A stretch of 64,000 nt of DNA. Origin: Prolixibacteraceae bacterium. Its GTDB lineage: Bacteria > Bacteroidota > Bacteroidia > Bacteroidales > Prolixibacteraceae. The stretch spans positions 17,682 to 81,681 of the forward strand of contig JBGSUC010000031.1 in assembly GCA_041736275.1 (NCBI GenBank), read 5' to 3'. Positions 29,540 to 39,312 of the stretch are shown here, one piece after another. Made by a program: the position numbers and the translations under genes. Every line of letters begins with the position of its first letter. Within the stretch, counting starts at the first letter, position 1. The notes under the pieces were generated by a model. That model made no database searches and had not been told where the DNA came from. It saw nothing but the letters and a program-made list of their open reading frames with translations.

Positions 29540-30790
29540 TTAATCCAGTTTGTGAATCACCAATCCTGATCTCAGTTTGGGCTCGAACCATGTTGTTTTT
29601 GGTGGCATAATGTTTCCTGAATCAGCAATATTAATCAACTGCTGCATCGAAACCGGGAAAAGAGCAAAAGCTACTTTCATACTGCCGTTATCGACACGTT
29701 TTTTAAGCTCACCCAATCCTCTTATTCCTCCAACAAAATCAATGCGGGTGGATGTCCGTAAATCGGCAATTCCCAAAATTTGGTCGAGAACCAGATTCGA
29801 CAAAATAGTCACATCCAATACACCAATCGGATCATTGTCGTTAAAAGTACCTGGTTTGGCATTTAGTTTATACCAGTTTCCGCCGATGTACATACTGAAT
29901 TCATGCAGTCTGGCAGGTTTGTAGATTTCGGTGCCAACAAGTTCAACGTCAAAGCTTTGATTCAATTTGTTTAGTAATTCAACTTCAGTTAAACCATTTA
30001 AGTCTTTTACTGTACGGTTATAATCAATAATTTGTAGCTGGTTATCCGGAAAATGAACAGCCATAAAGAAATTGTATTCTTCATGGCCGGTATGATTTGT
30101 ATTCTGATTTTGTTTTTCAAGACCAATGCGGGCTGCTGCAGCTGTACGGTGGTGTCCGTCGGCTACGTATGTCGCAGGAACTTTGGCGGCAAAAAGTTGC
30201 TCTATTTTCTGATTTACTGCAGCATCGTTTATTGTCCAAAAATGGTGACCAAATCCGTCTTCAGCAACAAAATCATAATCGGCTTTCTGATTTTTAACAA
30301 TAGATTCAACAATTGCATCAATTTCTGGAACAGCACAATACGAAAAGAAAACAGGTTCGATATTGGCATTCAGGTACCGGGTAAGAATCATGCGGTCTTC
30401 TTCCTTGTCCGGACGGGTGAGTTCGTGCTTTTTGATGATTCCCCGATTATAATCTTCGCAAGAAGCAGCGCCAACAATTCCGTATTGAGTGCGGCCATTC
30501 ATGGTTTGCGCATAAATGTAATATTTTGCTTCTTCGTCCTGAATCAGCCAGTCTTGCTTTTGGAAATTCCGGAAATTCTCAACTGATTTTTCATACACTT
30601 CTTCCGAATGTATATCTGTTCCTTCGGGACAGTCAATCTCGGCACGTGTAATGTGTAGCAACGAACATGCTTTTCCTTCAGCCATTTGAGCTGCTTCAGT
30701 ACTGTTCATTACATCGTATGGTAAACAGGCCAGGTCGCTGGCAATCGCCTGAGGCGGACGAAGTCCTTTAAAAGGTTTTACAATAGCCAT
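29540..30790 (-). CDS. DUF1015 family protein
   Basis: 416-aa ORF starting MAIVKPFKGLRPP, with LPYDVM and YVADGHHR, which match my recollection of DUF1015. Confidence 0.75.
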   Translation of the reverse strand: MAIVKPFKGLRPPQAIASDLACLPYDVMNSTEAAQMAEGKACSLLHITRAEIDCPEGTDIHSEEVYEKSVENFRNFQKQDWLIQDEEAKYYIYAQTMNGRTQYGIVGAASCEDYNRGIIKKHELTRPDKEEDRMILTRYLNANIEPVFFSYCAVPEIDAIVESIVKNQKADYDFVAEDGFGHHFWTINDAAVNQKIEQLFAAKVPATYVADGHHRTAAAARIGLEKQNQNTNHTGHEEYNFFMAVHFPDNQLQIIDYNRTVKDLNGLTEVELLNKLNQSFDVELVGTEIYKPARLHEFSMYIGGNWYKLNAKPGTFNDNDPIGVLDVTILSNLVLDQILGIADLRTSTRIDFVGGIRGLGELKKRVDNGSMKVAFALFPVSMQQLINIADSGNIMPPKTTWFEPKLRSGLVIHKLD

Positions 30791-31043
30791 AAATCTGTAT
30801 TTTTTCTAATTTAGAATTCTGCGGCCAATTTACGGGTACTATTCGGAAATACGCTCTTGCAGCAAGTTAATTTTCCGACAATAATACCTTTTCTTAATAC
30901 TTTTTTAGCGGTTTCTATATTATTAACCAATTCTGAAAATACACTGACAATATGTTTTTGTACGTTACCACAACAAGTCATAGTATCAATCCGAATTTTG
31001 TGTTCACTAATGCTACTTGAAAATTAAATTCAGGAAGAATTGA

Positions 31044-31616
31044 TTATTCGATTTCGATGTTATACTTCCCCAGAAGCCCTATTATTCCTGCATAAGAAAA
31101 TTTTGCTTTTTTTATTCTGTTCGTCTCCGGGTCCATCGAATAATTTTTGGCTGTCCGGAAATCCGCTTTTTCCAGATTGGTCCGGTGAAAAACAGTTTGA
31201 AGCAGGTCGCAATGATGGAAGTCTGACAGGGACAAATCAGTTCCCGAGAAGTCCACCTCCTTAAGCGAGCAATCAGTGAATTTTGTTTTTTTCATTTTTT
31301 TCTCCGCAAACACCGAATAATCGAGAACACATTTTTGAAAGTTGACTGAAAATAGAAAATCGGAGCAGGCAGCAAAGCTCATCCCTATCAGTTTACACCC
31401 AATGAAGTGAACATCTTTCATTCCGGTGCCGGATAATCGCGCATTGGAAAAATTGCAATTTTCGAACCTGCAATTCACGAAATCGCTTTCTGATAAATCG
31501 GAATCTGAGAAATTACAATTTTTAAAAGTCGAGGTTTCAAATTCAGTTTGAACAAGTTTTTGCCCGGAATAATCAATGTTTGTAAAGGTTTGTTCCTCAA
31601 TCCACTTCAATATCAT
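31044..31616 (-). CDS. pentapeptide-repeat protein
   Basis: 190-aa ORF made of contiguous A(D/N)LXX-type repeats (NCNFSDSDLSESDFVNCRFENCNFSNARLSGTGM). Confidence 0.85.
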   Translation of the reverse strand: MILKWIEEQTFTNIDYSGQKLVQTEFETSTFKNCNFSDSDLSESDFVNCRFENCNFSNARLSGTGMKDVHFIGCKLIGMSFAACSDFLFSVNFQKCVLDYSVFAEKKMKKTKFTDCSLKEVDFSGTDLSLSDFHHCDLLQTVFHRTNLEKADFRTAKNYSMDPETNRIKKAKFSYAGIIGLLGKYNIEIE

Positions 31617-31629
31617 TCTTGTTTTTTTT

Positions 31630-32550
31630 TTATCTGTTTACCCGGAAGGTTTGATCGCCTTTTTCAAAAAATGCTACAATTTGTTCTGCTGCGGCAACTC
31701 CTGCATTTGTATTGGCTTCATTTGTCTGGGCTCCCAGCTTTTTGGGTGTAAAGAAAAATCTTCCCTTGAACTGTTCCTGAAACGTGTTTTTGCAATCCGG
31801 TTCAATGTCTGATAGATATTTAATTGTTGGGTTTTCTGTCATTATCCGGACCAAATCATCTTCATTTATCACCTCTTTCCTGGCGGTATTCACAATGATA
31901 GAATCATTTTTCAGAAACTTCATCACTTCATAACTTACCGATTTAATATGTTCGCCTCGTGCCGGAACATGGATCGAAATAATGTCGGAAGCAGCATATA
32001 ATTCTTCAAGCGAATGAGCCAGTTCAAGTCCTTCTGAAACCGCCTGAGCCTTACTGTATCTGGTATATACCAGAGCACGCATACCGAATGCTTTAGCTAT
32101 ACGCTTGACATTGCGGGCTACATAACCATATCCATGCAGACCTATTGTTCGTCCACGCAATTCTCCACCTGATTTTCCGGAGAAAAACTCCCGCATACCA
32201 TACAATGCTAATCCAATGGCCAGTTCGGCAACTGCGTTTGCATTTTGTCCGGGAGTATTCATCACACAAACATTCTTTTCATTGGCTGCTTTTACATCTA
32301 CATTATCGTATCCGGCACCTGCGCGAACCACAATCTCAAGCACTTTGGCTGCTTCAATAACTTCACGATCAATAATATCACTTCTAATAATTATTGCATG
32401 AACATCCTTGACAGCCTCCAGAAGTTCTGACTTTTCAGTGTATTCTTCCAGAGTGACTATTTCATAACCGGCTTCTGCAAATATTCCGGCAATTTGTTCG
32501 GCTGCCATTCTGGCAAATGGTTTTTCTGTGGCAATTAATACTCTTTTCAT
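31630..32550 (-). CDS. serA: D-3-phosphoglycerate dehydrogenase (short D-2-hydroxyacid dehydrogenase type)
   Basis: 306-aa ORF with a GLHGYGYVARNV Rossmann motif, directly downstream of serC. Confidence 0.8.
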   Translation of the reverse strand: MKRVLIATEKPFARMAAEQIAGIFAEAGYEIVTLEEYTEKSELLEAVKDVHAIIIRSDIIDREVIEAAKVLEIVVRAGAGYDNVDVKAANEKNVCVMNTPGQNANAVAELAIGLALYGMREFFSGKSGGELRGRTIGLHGYGYVARNVKRIAKAFGMRALVYTRYSKAQAVSEGLELAHSLEELYAASDIISIHVPARGEHIKSVSYEVMKFLKNDSIIVNTARKEVINEDDLVRIMTENPTIKYLSDIEPDCKNTFQEQFKGRFFFTPKKLGAQTNEANTNAGVAAAEQIVAFFEKGDQTFRVNR

Positions 32551-32612
32551 AGTTAGTTTTCCCCTTTTAAAAAGAAAAGCAGAACCCCCATTCTGCTTTT
32601 CTCCTGATTGTT

Positions 32613-33689
32613 CTATTTAAGCTTTGTTTTTTCAAATGCTTTCATTGCATCAACTAAGGCAATCACACTTTCTTTCGGAAGCGCATTATAAGTTGAGGCA
32701 CGATATCCGCCTACAGAACGATGACCTTCCAGTCCCAACATTCCCAATGATTTGGCATAGGTGAGGAATTCAGGTTCCCATTCTTTGTATTCGTCATTCA
32801 TCACAAAACAAATATTCATTAACGAACGATCGTTTACATCCGGAACATTGCCTTTGAATAGTTTATTGCGATCGATTTCGTCGTAAAGAATTCCTGCTTT
32901 TTCGATGTTCATTTTTTCCATCATTTTTACACCACCCAATTGTTTAAGCCATTTCAAGGTTTGAAGTGCAGCAAAAACCGGAACTACCGGAGGAGTGTTG
33001 AACATTGATTCGTTGGTGATATGCGTACGGTAATCCAACATCGTAGGAATTTTACGGCTTACTTTACCCAGTACATCTTCTTTTACAATAACAAAAGTAA
33101 CACCGGCCGGAGCAAGGTTTTTCTGGGCTCCGCCATAAATAATTGCATATTTCGAAACATCGAGCGGACGGCTAAAAATATCGGATGACATATCAGCAAC
33201 CAATGGAACTTTACAATCGATATCCTGATGAATTTCTGTTCCGTAAATGGTATTATTGGTTGTAATATGGAAATAATCAACATCTTCAGGAATAGTATAG
33301 CCTTTTGGAATATAGTTGTAAGTGCTTGCTTTTGAAGAAGCTACTTCTATAACTTCACCAAAGAACTTCGCTTCTTTTTGAGCTTTATCGGCCCAGGTTC
33401 CTGTGTTTAAATAAGCAGCCTTTTTCTCCAATAAATTGTAAGGAGCCATCATGAATTGCGAGCTGGCACCACCGCCTAAAAATAGTACATGGTAACCTGC
33501 AGGAATGTCAAGCAATTCCTTGAAAAGTTGCTGAGCTTCATTGCTTACAGCAACAAATTCTTTGCTACGGTGCGAGACTTCCATAAGGGAAAGGCCTGTT
33601 CCTGCAAAATCAATTAAAGCATCTGCTGTGTTTTTAATGGTGTATTGCGGCAAGATTGAGGGACCCGCATAAAAATTATGCTTCTTCAT
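32613..33689 (-). CDS. serC: phosphoserine aminotransferase
   Basis: 358-aa ORF starting [15 protein letters not shown], with the PLP-Lys context [14 protein letters not shown]. Confidence 0.93.
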   Translation of the reverse strand: MKKHNFYAGPSILPQYTIKNTADALIDFAGTGLSLMEVSHRSKEFVAVSNEAQQLFKELLDIPAGYHVLFLGGGASSQFMMAPYNLLEKKAAYLNTGTWADKAQKEAKFFGEVIEVASSKASTYNYIPKGYTIPEDVDYFHITTNNTIYGTEIHQDIDCKVPLVADMSSDIFSRPLDVSKYAIIYGGAQKNLAPAGVTFVIVKEDVLGKVSRKIPTMLDYRTHITNESMFNTPPVVPVFAALQTLKWLKQLGGVKMMEKMNIEKAGILYDEIDRNKLFKGNVPDVNDRSLMNICFVMNDEYKEWEPEFLTYAKSLGMLGLEGHRSVGGYRASTYNALPKESVIALVDAMKAFEKTKLK

Positions 33690-33891
33690 TGTGAATTTAT
33701 TTATGGGTTAATAACTATTTACAATTAGGTTAATTGCAAATAATAGCTCAAAATAAACGATTATTTACAAATGGTTTTCTGAGATAAATCAGACTTAATT
33801 TTGCTATAACAAGTTATAAAACATTCAACTATTTTACATCAATATATTTTGAAAAAAACAGAGGCACTTATATAATTTTCACTGACTTATT

Positions 33892-34620
33892 TTAGCCAAG
33901 GGAATCGGTTAATTTATCATTCTGAAATATGGGTACAACCTTTGTCTGGTCGGCGGTCAGACAATATTCGATGCAATCGTCCAATCCTTTTGATGCCAAT
34001 CTTTCTTTTTGTGCTGCTTTTTGAATGTATCCGTTCAAATCTGATTTTGCCAGGCTCCATAAATCCAGCGATGCTGTTGCGGCATCACAAATGGTTTCGA
34101 ATTTGCCCGAATTCAGTAACTTTTCGGCCAGTGCTCCTGCAAAAACGGTATCCTCCAGGCTAAAACGATCTTTCCAGGATGCACAGAAAATTAATACAGG
34201 CGAATTTTTATGAATGAGCCATTCAGCTAACGAAGAGATGTTCAGGAATGATCCGATTACGACTGCTTTTGAATGACTTGCCATGTGAATGCAGCGTGTT
34301 CCGTTGGTGGTAGAATAAACGATTTCCTTTCCGGATACGATTTCAGGAGTAAAATTAAAAGGCGAATTTCCAAAATCTGCAAAATCGAGTACATAACCAT
34401 CACGTTCAGAAGCAACCATAAAGCCTTTTTGTTTCATTTCTCTGGCTTCTTCTACAGTTGCTACGGGGATGATACTTTTTACTCCGTTATGTATGGCCGC
34501 ACAAATTGATGAAGTTGCACGTAAAATATCAACAATAACCACCATGTTTTCGTCATCAGCGTGTTTATCATAGATTGCGGGTGATAAGCAAACTTCTAGT
34601 CGTTTTTTTTTGTTTTCCAT
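33892..34620 (-). CDS. 2-phosphosulfolactate phosphatase (ComB) family protein
   Basis: Start at MENKKKRLEV (34620); VDILRATSSI and FGNSPF motifs. Confidence 0.75.
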   Translation of the reverse strand: MENKKKRLEVCLSPAIYDKHADDENMVVIVDILRATSSICAAIHNGVKSIIPVATVEEAREMKQKGFMVASERDGYVLDFADFGNSPFNFTPEIVSGKEIVYSTTNGTRCIHMASHSKAVVIGSFLNISSLAEWLIHKNSPVLIFCASWKDRFSLEDTVFAGALAEKLLNSGKFETICDAATASLDLWSLAKSDLNGYIQKAAQKERLASKGLDDCIEYCLTADQTKVVPIFQNDKLTDSLG

Positions 34621-34796
34621 TTTCAGGTATAAGTCGCAAAGATAAAGAAAGTACCCAAGCAAAGCCTAAATAAGTTGATAGAAAGCAGCATTTAATCTAA
34701 ATGTAAAATACTGTATTGAAAGGAACAATTGTTAGAAGATTAGTGACATAAGTAGCATCAAATTTCATTTTGAGTTAGCAGGGTGGGAGTGTGCAC

Positions 34797-34830
34797 AAAA
34801 AAAAAGTCTGGCAGCATGCACTGTCAGACT
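34797..34830 (-). terminator. intrinsic terminator after gcvT
   Basis: Stem GTCTGACAG/CTGCCAGAC on the minus strand (one mismatch) followed by a U9 run. Confidence 0.7.
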
Positions 34831-34852
34831 TCAGGAAAATTTATTTTGAAAA

Positions 34853-35941
34853 TTATGCCGGATTAATAAACGGCAACTTAACAATTTTTGCTTTAAGCAT
34901 TTTATTACGAACTTTCAGGTATACTTCGGTTCCGATGGCAGAATAGGCAGTATGCACATAACCCATTCCAATACCTTTATTCAGCACCGGAGACATAGTT
35001 CCGGAAGTAACACGACCAATTATATTGCCGTTATGATCGGTAAGTTCGTAATCGTGACGGGGAATTCCACGGTCAATCATTTCAAATCCGCGAAGTTTAC
35101 GCTCTACACCTTCCTGCTTTTGCATTAAAAGGAAGTCTTTGTCGATAAAAGTATGACCATTAAATTTGGTTATCCAACCCAGGCCAGATTCAATGGGAGA
35201 TGTGGTGTCGTCAATATCATTTCCGTATAAACAGAATCCCATTTCGAGCCGAAGGGTGTCGCGGGCTGCTAAACCAATTGGTTTAATGCCAAATTCTTCG
35301 CCGGCTTCAAAAATCTTGTTCCACATTTGTTCGGCTATTTCATTCCTGAAATAAAGTTCAAAACCTCCCGATCCGGTATATCCTGTTGCTGAGATGATTA
35401 CATCGTCAAACCCTCCAATAATTCCTGTGACGAAGGTGTAATATTTAATTTCCGATAAGTTGATATCAGTCAATTTTTGAAGAGTTTTTTCGGCTTTTGG
35501 TCCCTGAATAGCCAATTGGCTGATTGCAGGTGAAGCATTCTCCAGAATGGCATTATTTGTATTCTGTGAAACAATCCAGTTCCAGTCTTTTTCAATGTTG
35601 GAAGCATTTACCACCAGCAAATATTTCTCCTGCGAATAATAATAAACCAACAGGTCGTCAACAATTCCGCCTTTCCCGTTAGGGAAGCATGAATATTGTG
35701 CCTGACCTAAGGTTAACTTGGAAACATCGTTTGAGGTAACACGCTGAACCAGTTCCTGTGCATTTGGTCCCTTTACCCAAAACTCACCCATGTGCGACAC
35801 ATCGAATACTCCGACCGATTCGCGGACAGTCATGTGCTCGTCCATAATTCCGGAATACTCAATTGGCATTTCGAATCCGGCAAACTCTACCATTTTGGCG
35901 CCTAGCCGTTTATGGACCTGATTAAAGGCTGTAAATTGCAT
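34853..35941 (-). CDS. gcvT: glycine cleavage system aminomethyltransferase T
   Basis: 362-aa ORF with [22 protein letters not shown] and GYTGSGGFE. Confidence 0.95.
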   Translation of the reverse strand: MQFTAFNQVHKRLGAKMVEFAGFEMPIEYSGIMDEHMTVRESVGVFDVSHMGEFWVKGPNAQELVQRVTSNDVSKLTLGQAQYSCFPNGKGGIVDDLLVYYYSQEKYLLVVNASNIEKDWNWIVSQNTNNAILENASPAISQLAIQGPKAEKTLQKLTDINLSEIKYYTFVTGIIGGFDDVIISATGYTGSGGFELYFRNEIAEQMWNKIFEAGEEFGIKPIGLAARDTLRLEMGFCLYGNDIDDTTSPIESGLGWITKFNGHTFIDKDFLLMQKQEGVERKLRGFEMIDRGIPRHDYELTDHNGNIIGRVTSGTMSPVLNKGIGMGYVHTAYSAIGTEVYLKVRNKMLKAKIVKLPFINPA

Positions 35942-35966
35942 AAATATATTTTCAGTTTTTATGAAG

Positions 35967-35974
35967 CAAAAGTA
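35967..35974 (-). promoter_or_regulatory. candidate -7 promoter box (TACTTTTG on the minus strand) for gcvT
   Basis: The + strand CAAAAGTA lies 26 nt upstream of the start. Confidence 0.45.
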
Positions 35975-36157
35975 GAATATTAACTATGTATAAAGCATGA
36001 AAAAAATCATTTGCCAAAGGTATTAGTTTTTAGCTTCATTGTTATTAGAATTTGCAATCTGCAACTTTCAATATACAATTATGGTAACAAGAGGTAGTTT
36101 TGAATGAAAATTTTCCGTATTATTGTGTTATTACAAACGATTTCAAAAAAAACATCA

Positions 36158-36508
36158 ATGGCACAATCCCGCTACACCAATTTGGATTACCTGAAGGAAA
36201 TTACAGGCGGAGAATCCGAAATTATGAAAGAATTTATCCAGATGTTTTTTGATCAGTTACCCGAATTCAGAGATGGTTTAACTGGTTACTTAGCAGAAAA
36301 AAAATGGAAAGAACTTGGTGAATTGGCACACAAGGCTAAATCATCGGTGATGACTTTCGGGATGAATGACCTGGGAGTTCGCCTAAAAGAATTACAGATA
36401 AAAACGCAGAAACTGGAAGATATCGAAAGCTATCCGCTTTATGTTGAAGAGTTTTTAACAATTATGACCAAAGCCGAAGAAGAATTAAAGGAAGACATGA
36501 AAGAATAA
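36158..36508 (+). CDS. stand-alone Hpt (histidine phosphotransfer) domain protein
   Basis: Start at MAQSRYTNLDYL; the phospho-His context is ELAHKAKSSVMTFG. Confidence 0.8.
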   Translation: MAQSRYTNLDYLKEITGGESEIMKEFIQMFFDQLPEFRDGLTGYLAEKKWKELGELAHKAKSSVMTFGMNDLGVRLKELQIKTQKLEDIESYPLYVEEFLTIMTKAEEELKEDMKE

Positions 36509-36532
36509 CTCATATTTGAGAAATAGGAATTT

Positions 36533-36568
36533 AAACCCATAAGATCTTCAGAGACTTATGGGTTTTTT
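36533..36568 (+). terminator. intrinsic terminator after the Hpt gene
   Basis: 10-bp stem AACCCATAAG/CTTATGGGTT followed by a T-run. Confidence 0.85.
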
Positions 36569-36708
36569 ATTTAGATTGATGTTGCAGTTCGCAACTTCTT
36601 TTTTGTGCAAGGAATGCCCATAAAATCACATATTCAGTAACTATTTGAAACATTTCGGTTAACTTAACGCGCTGAAATATAACCGACCAAACTAAGAACG
36701 AACAAGCC

Positions 36709-39147
36709 ATGCGATCACATTTTTTATATATTGTAATGCTTTTTCTGGCATTTCCTGCCGCATCACAACCAACCCAATTGGTTTCTCCTGAAAGAATCAA
36801 TCCTGAATTATTAGCAAATCACTGGAAAGCACAGTGGATCACTCATCCAACGGAATCGGCACTCGACTATGGAGTTTTCCATTTCCGAAAAAGCTTTTTC
36901 CTCGAATCTGTTCCGAAGGAGTTTATTATTCATGTTTCGGCCGATAACCGATATCGTTTGTTTGTTAACGGAAAAGCTGTTTGTTTTGGACCGGCACGGG
37001 GAGATTTGGCTCATTGGTATTACGAAAGCATAGATATTGCCCACTACCTTAATCCGGGGAAAAACCTGCTGGCTGCTTTGGTTTGGAACTTTGGTGAAGA
37101 TAAGCCCTGGGCTCAATTTTCGCATCAAACAGCACTGATTGTTCAGGGTGATTCGGCTGTAGAAGAAGTCGTTAACACGGATGCCACCTGGAAAGTAATT
37201 TGCGATAAGGCATATCAGTCTGCATCTTCGGATGCCAAGGAAACTCTTGGGCAATTTATAGTGGTAGGCGCCTGTGACAGAGTAGATGCTGCAAAATACC
37301 CGTGGGGATGGGAGACAGTAATTTATAACGATAACGATTGGAGCAAGGCAAAAACGATTGATGTAGGACATCCGCGAGGAGTTGGAACCGATATTAACTG
37401 GGTGCTGACCCCAAGACGAATTCCGCAGATGGAAATAAAAGAACAACGGTTTTCAGAAGTCAGGCGGGCTTCAACTGCTACCACAAGTTCAGTGACCGGA
37501 GTAACGAATATCGTTCCAGATGGTTTTCTTCAGGGAAAAGCGAAATGGACTGTTCCTGCCAACCAAAAGATTATTGTTTTATTCGATCAGGGAAATCTTA
37601 CTACAGGATATCCAGAGTTGCGGGTTTCGAAAGGAAAAGGAAGCAGGATTAAACTGATATATGCCGAAGCTATGTTTGATGAGCAAGGCAATAAAGGAAA
37701 TAGAAATGAGATAGGTGGGAAAAAGATTAAAGGCTATGCTGATATTTTTATTCCTGATGGTGGAACAAGCCGCTTATTTCGTCCGCTTTGGTTCCGAACA
37801 TGGAAATATATTCAGCTAGAAATTGAGACCAGGGAAGAAGCTTTGGTTTTGGATAATTTTCAGAGTGAATTTACTGCTTACCCTTTGAAAGAAAATGCAG
37901 TTTTTGAGGCTGATCAGAGCGATTTAAAACAAATATGGGACACTGGCTGGTGGACTGCCCGGCTCTGTGCCAACGAAACGTATTACGATTGTCCTTATTA
38001 CGAACAACTTCAATATGTAGGAGATACGCGTATTCAGGCTTTAATCTCAATGTATGTTTCGGGAGATGATCGTTTGGTGCGTAATGCCTTGATGACTTTT
38101 AATGAATCGCGCTTTTACGAAGGCCTAACCCGTAGTCGCTACCCATCGGCTAGTCCGCAGGTTATTCCACCTTTTTCGCTTTATTGGGTCGATATGGTTC
38201 ACGATTACTGGACGTTACGCGATGATCCGGAATTTATTCAACAATTTCTCCCGGGAATAGATCAGGTTTTAAGTTGGTTTATAAACCGGATTGATCCAAA
38301 AACCGGACTTTTGGGTAAAGTGGAATACTGGAATTTTGTGGACTGGGCCGACGAATGGCCATGGATTAACAAGTATCGCATAGGAGGCGTTCCGAAAGGC
38401 GGACGTAACGAAGGTCAATCATCAATTCTGACTATGCAACTGGCTTATGCGGTGCAACGAGCAGCTGAATTGAATGATTTTTTTAATCAACCAATTCAGG
38501 CACAAAAATACAAGCAACTGGCACAAAGTCTTACCAAATCCGTTTCTCAAAATTGTTGGGATGAAAACAAAAAATACCTGGCAGATACGCCGGAAAAGAC
38601 AGAATTCAGTATGCATGCCCAAATATTTGGGGTACTTTCGAATACCATACCTGAAAATGAACAAAAAGCGATGATAGAGCGGATTGTGAATGATCAAACA
38701 TTGTCTCAACCAACATTGTATTTTCGTTTTTATCTGACTCAGGCACTGAAAAAAACAGGCCTTGCAGATCAGTATTTAAATACTCTGCGTCCATGGAAAG
38801 AAATGCTGAAAAATGGCTTGACCACTTTTGCCGAGAAACAGGATCCTACCCGGTCGGATTGTCATGCGTGGAGCGCAAGTCCAAATTACGACTTTCTGGC
38901 TACCGTTGCCGGAATTCGTCCGGCTTCTCCCGGATTTAAAACCATCCGCATGGAACCGGCTTTTGGTGAACTGAAATATATTAAAGGGCAGATGCCGCAT
39001 CCTTCAGGAATGATTATTTTTGATTTGAAAAGAACAGGAATGGAAGGTATTAAAGGTGAAATAACTTTACCTGAAGGTCTGGCGGGGACATTTAGCTGGA
39101 AAGGAAAAACTGTTCAACTGAAAGGAAAAACTGCGATTGATTTATAG
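36709..39147 (+). CDS. secreted alpha-L-rhamnosidase-related glycoside hydrolase (GH78-like six-hairpin)
   Basis: 812-aa ORF with a signal peptide. NETYYDCPYYEQLQYVGDTRIQAL and SDCHAWSASP resemble the bacterial rhamnosidase catalytic domain. Confidence 0.6.
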   Translation: MRSHFLYIVMLFLAFPAASQPTQLVSPERINPELLANHWKAQWITHPTESALDYGVFHFRKSFFLESVPKEFIIHVSADNRYRLFVNGKAVCFGPARGDLAHWYYESIDIAHYLNPGKNLLAALVWNFGEDKPWAQFSHQTALIVQGDSAVEEVVNTDATWKVICDKAYQSASSDAKETLGQFIVVGACDRVDAAKYPWGWETVIYNDNDWSKAKTIDVGHPRGVGTDINWVLTPRRIPQMEIKEQRFSEVRRASTATTSSVTGVTNIVPDGFLQGKAKWTVPANQKIIVLFDQGNLTTGYPELRVSKGKGSRIKLIYAEAMFDEQGNKGNRNEIGGKKIKGYADIFIPDGGTSRLFRPLWFRTWKYIQLEIETREEALVLDNFQSEFTAYPLKENAVFEADQSDLKQIWDTGWWTARLCANETYYDCPYYEQLQYVGDTRIQALISMYVSGDDRLVRNALMTFNESRFYEGLTRSRYPSASPQVIPPFSLYWVDMVHDYWTLRDDPEFIQQFLPGIDQVLSWFINRIDPKTGLLGKVEYWNFVDWADEWPWINKYRIGGVPKGGRNEGQSSILTMQLAYAVQRAAELNDFFNQPIQAQKYKQLAQSLTKSVSQNCWDENKKYLADTPEKTEFSMHAQIFGVLSNTIPENEQKAMIERIVNDQTLSQPTLYFRFYLTQALKKTGLADQYLNTLRPWKEMLKNGLTTFAEKQDPTRSDCHAWSASPNYDFLATVAGIRPASPGFKTIRMEPAFGELKYIKGQMPHPSGMIIFDLKRTGMEGIKGEITLPEGLAGTFSWKGKTVQLKGKTAIDL

Positions 39148-39169
39148 ATTTGTTAAACCAGAAAATCGT

Positions 39170-39292
39170 GCTGACTCAAAAGTAATTGAACCTGTAATCC
39201 TGAACTTGTTTAAGGATCTCAATGTAATGTATTTCAGATCCCGAAATAAATTCGGGATGACCAGATATACAAGTTATGACTTTTGAGTCAGC
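39170..39292. repeat. nested palindromic intergenic element between convergent GH genes
   Basis: Perfect 14-bp inverted repeat GCTGACTCAAAAGT (39170-39183) / ACTTTTGAGTCAGC (39279-39292). It encloses two inverted, related 30-nt units of about 70% identity (39191-39220 and 39235-39264). The second unit forms ATCCCGAA-ATAAA-TTCGGGAT. Confidence 0.7.
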
Positions 39293-39312
39293 CTCAGGAA
39301 TAACTTTAAATT

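Noticed and set aside
35942-36103. Looked for a glycine riboswitch upstream of gcvT
   Set aside because: The leader is only about 26 nt from a TAnnTTTG box to the ATG. The upstream region is AT-rich and lacks the conserved GGAGAG / CACCG-type glycine aptamer cores.
36811-37446. 211-aa ORF antisense to the GH78-like gene. The same pattern applies to the antisense ORFs at 30053-30586, 50704-51285, 47104-47508, 9553-9975 and 4820-5191.
   Set aside because: Each lies entirely inside a longer ORF on the other strand that has clear family motifs. Their translations are low-complexity, Ser/Phe/Ile/Asn-rich sequences with no recognisable motif, typical of shadow ORFs in AT-rich DNA.
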